The notes beneath the pieces are model-generated. The model searched no databases, was not told the origin of the DNA, and was given only the letters and a program-made list of their open reading frames with translations. A DNA stretch of 64,000 bases from Mobula hypostoma (taxonomy: Eukaryota): positions 189,102,001-189,166,000 of the forward strand of contig NC_086097.1 of the NCBI RefSeq assembly GCF_963921235.1, given 5' to 3'. Below are positions 63,700 through 64,000 of the stretch, piece by piece (the stretch's first letter is position 1; the number at the start of each line of letters is the position of its first letter). The translations under genes were made by a program, and so were the position numbers.

Positions 63700-64000
63700 T
63701 AACAACAGGAATTCTGCAGATGCTGGAAATTCAAGCAACATACATCAAAGTTGCTGGTGAACGCAGCAGGCCAGGCAGCATCTATAGGAAGAGGTGCAGT
63801 CGACGTTTCAGGCCGAGACCCTTCGTCAGGACTAACTGAAGGAAGAGTGAGTAAGGGATTTGAAAGCTGGAGGGGGAGGGGGAGATGCAAAATGATAGGA
63901 GAAGACAGGAGGGGGAGGGATGGAGCCGAGAGCTGGACAGGTGATAGGCAGAAGGGGATACGAGAGGATCATGGGACAGGAGGTCCGGGAAGAAAGACGG
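63700..64000 (-). mobile_element. Young PLE pLTR running off the window end
   Basis: Nearly identical to 40672-40935, and keeps extra tail sequence (GAATTCTGCAGATGCTGGAAATTCAAG). Confidence 0.93.
63797..63834 (-). ncRNA. Minimal type I hammerhead ribozyme, intact core
   Basis: Minus strand: tagtc CTGACGA a gggt-ctcg-gcct GAAA CG TC gactg; identical to 40732-40769. Confidence 0.85.

Overview
Gene-poor, transposon-dense vertebrate DNA. The repeat set is CR1/HER1-like LINEs, V-SINE/HE1-like SINEs, Neptune-like Penelope elements and Rex1-like LINEs, which points to a cartilaginous fish, probably a ray (inference). I cannot support any host protein-coding exon; every recognisable ORF is transposon-derived. 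Main observations: (1) A four-level nest at 1591-12522, a CR1 carrying a Tc1 (IR/DR type), which carries a second CR1, which carries a Rex1-like fragment. (2) That inner CR1 is one near full-length element with a twin-priming-type 5' inversion. (3) Several Penelope-like elements (PLEs) carry minimal type I hammerhead ribozymes in their pseudo-LTRs (six recognisable copies), followed by a conserved structured tail; one copy has an almost intact RT+GIY-YIG frame. (4) An interleaved, split PLE insertion that simple nesting does not explain. (5) A locally templated 99-bp insertion between 27-bp direct repeats. (6) A decayed Gypsy element with a tRNA-Trp primer site, a solo LTR and an L1 3' fragment with a 17-bp target duplication. 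Family names come from motif recognition by eye, and boundaries of old fragments are approximate.
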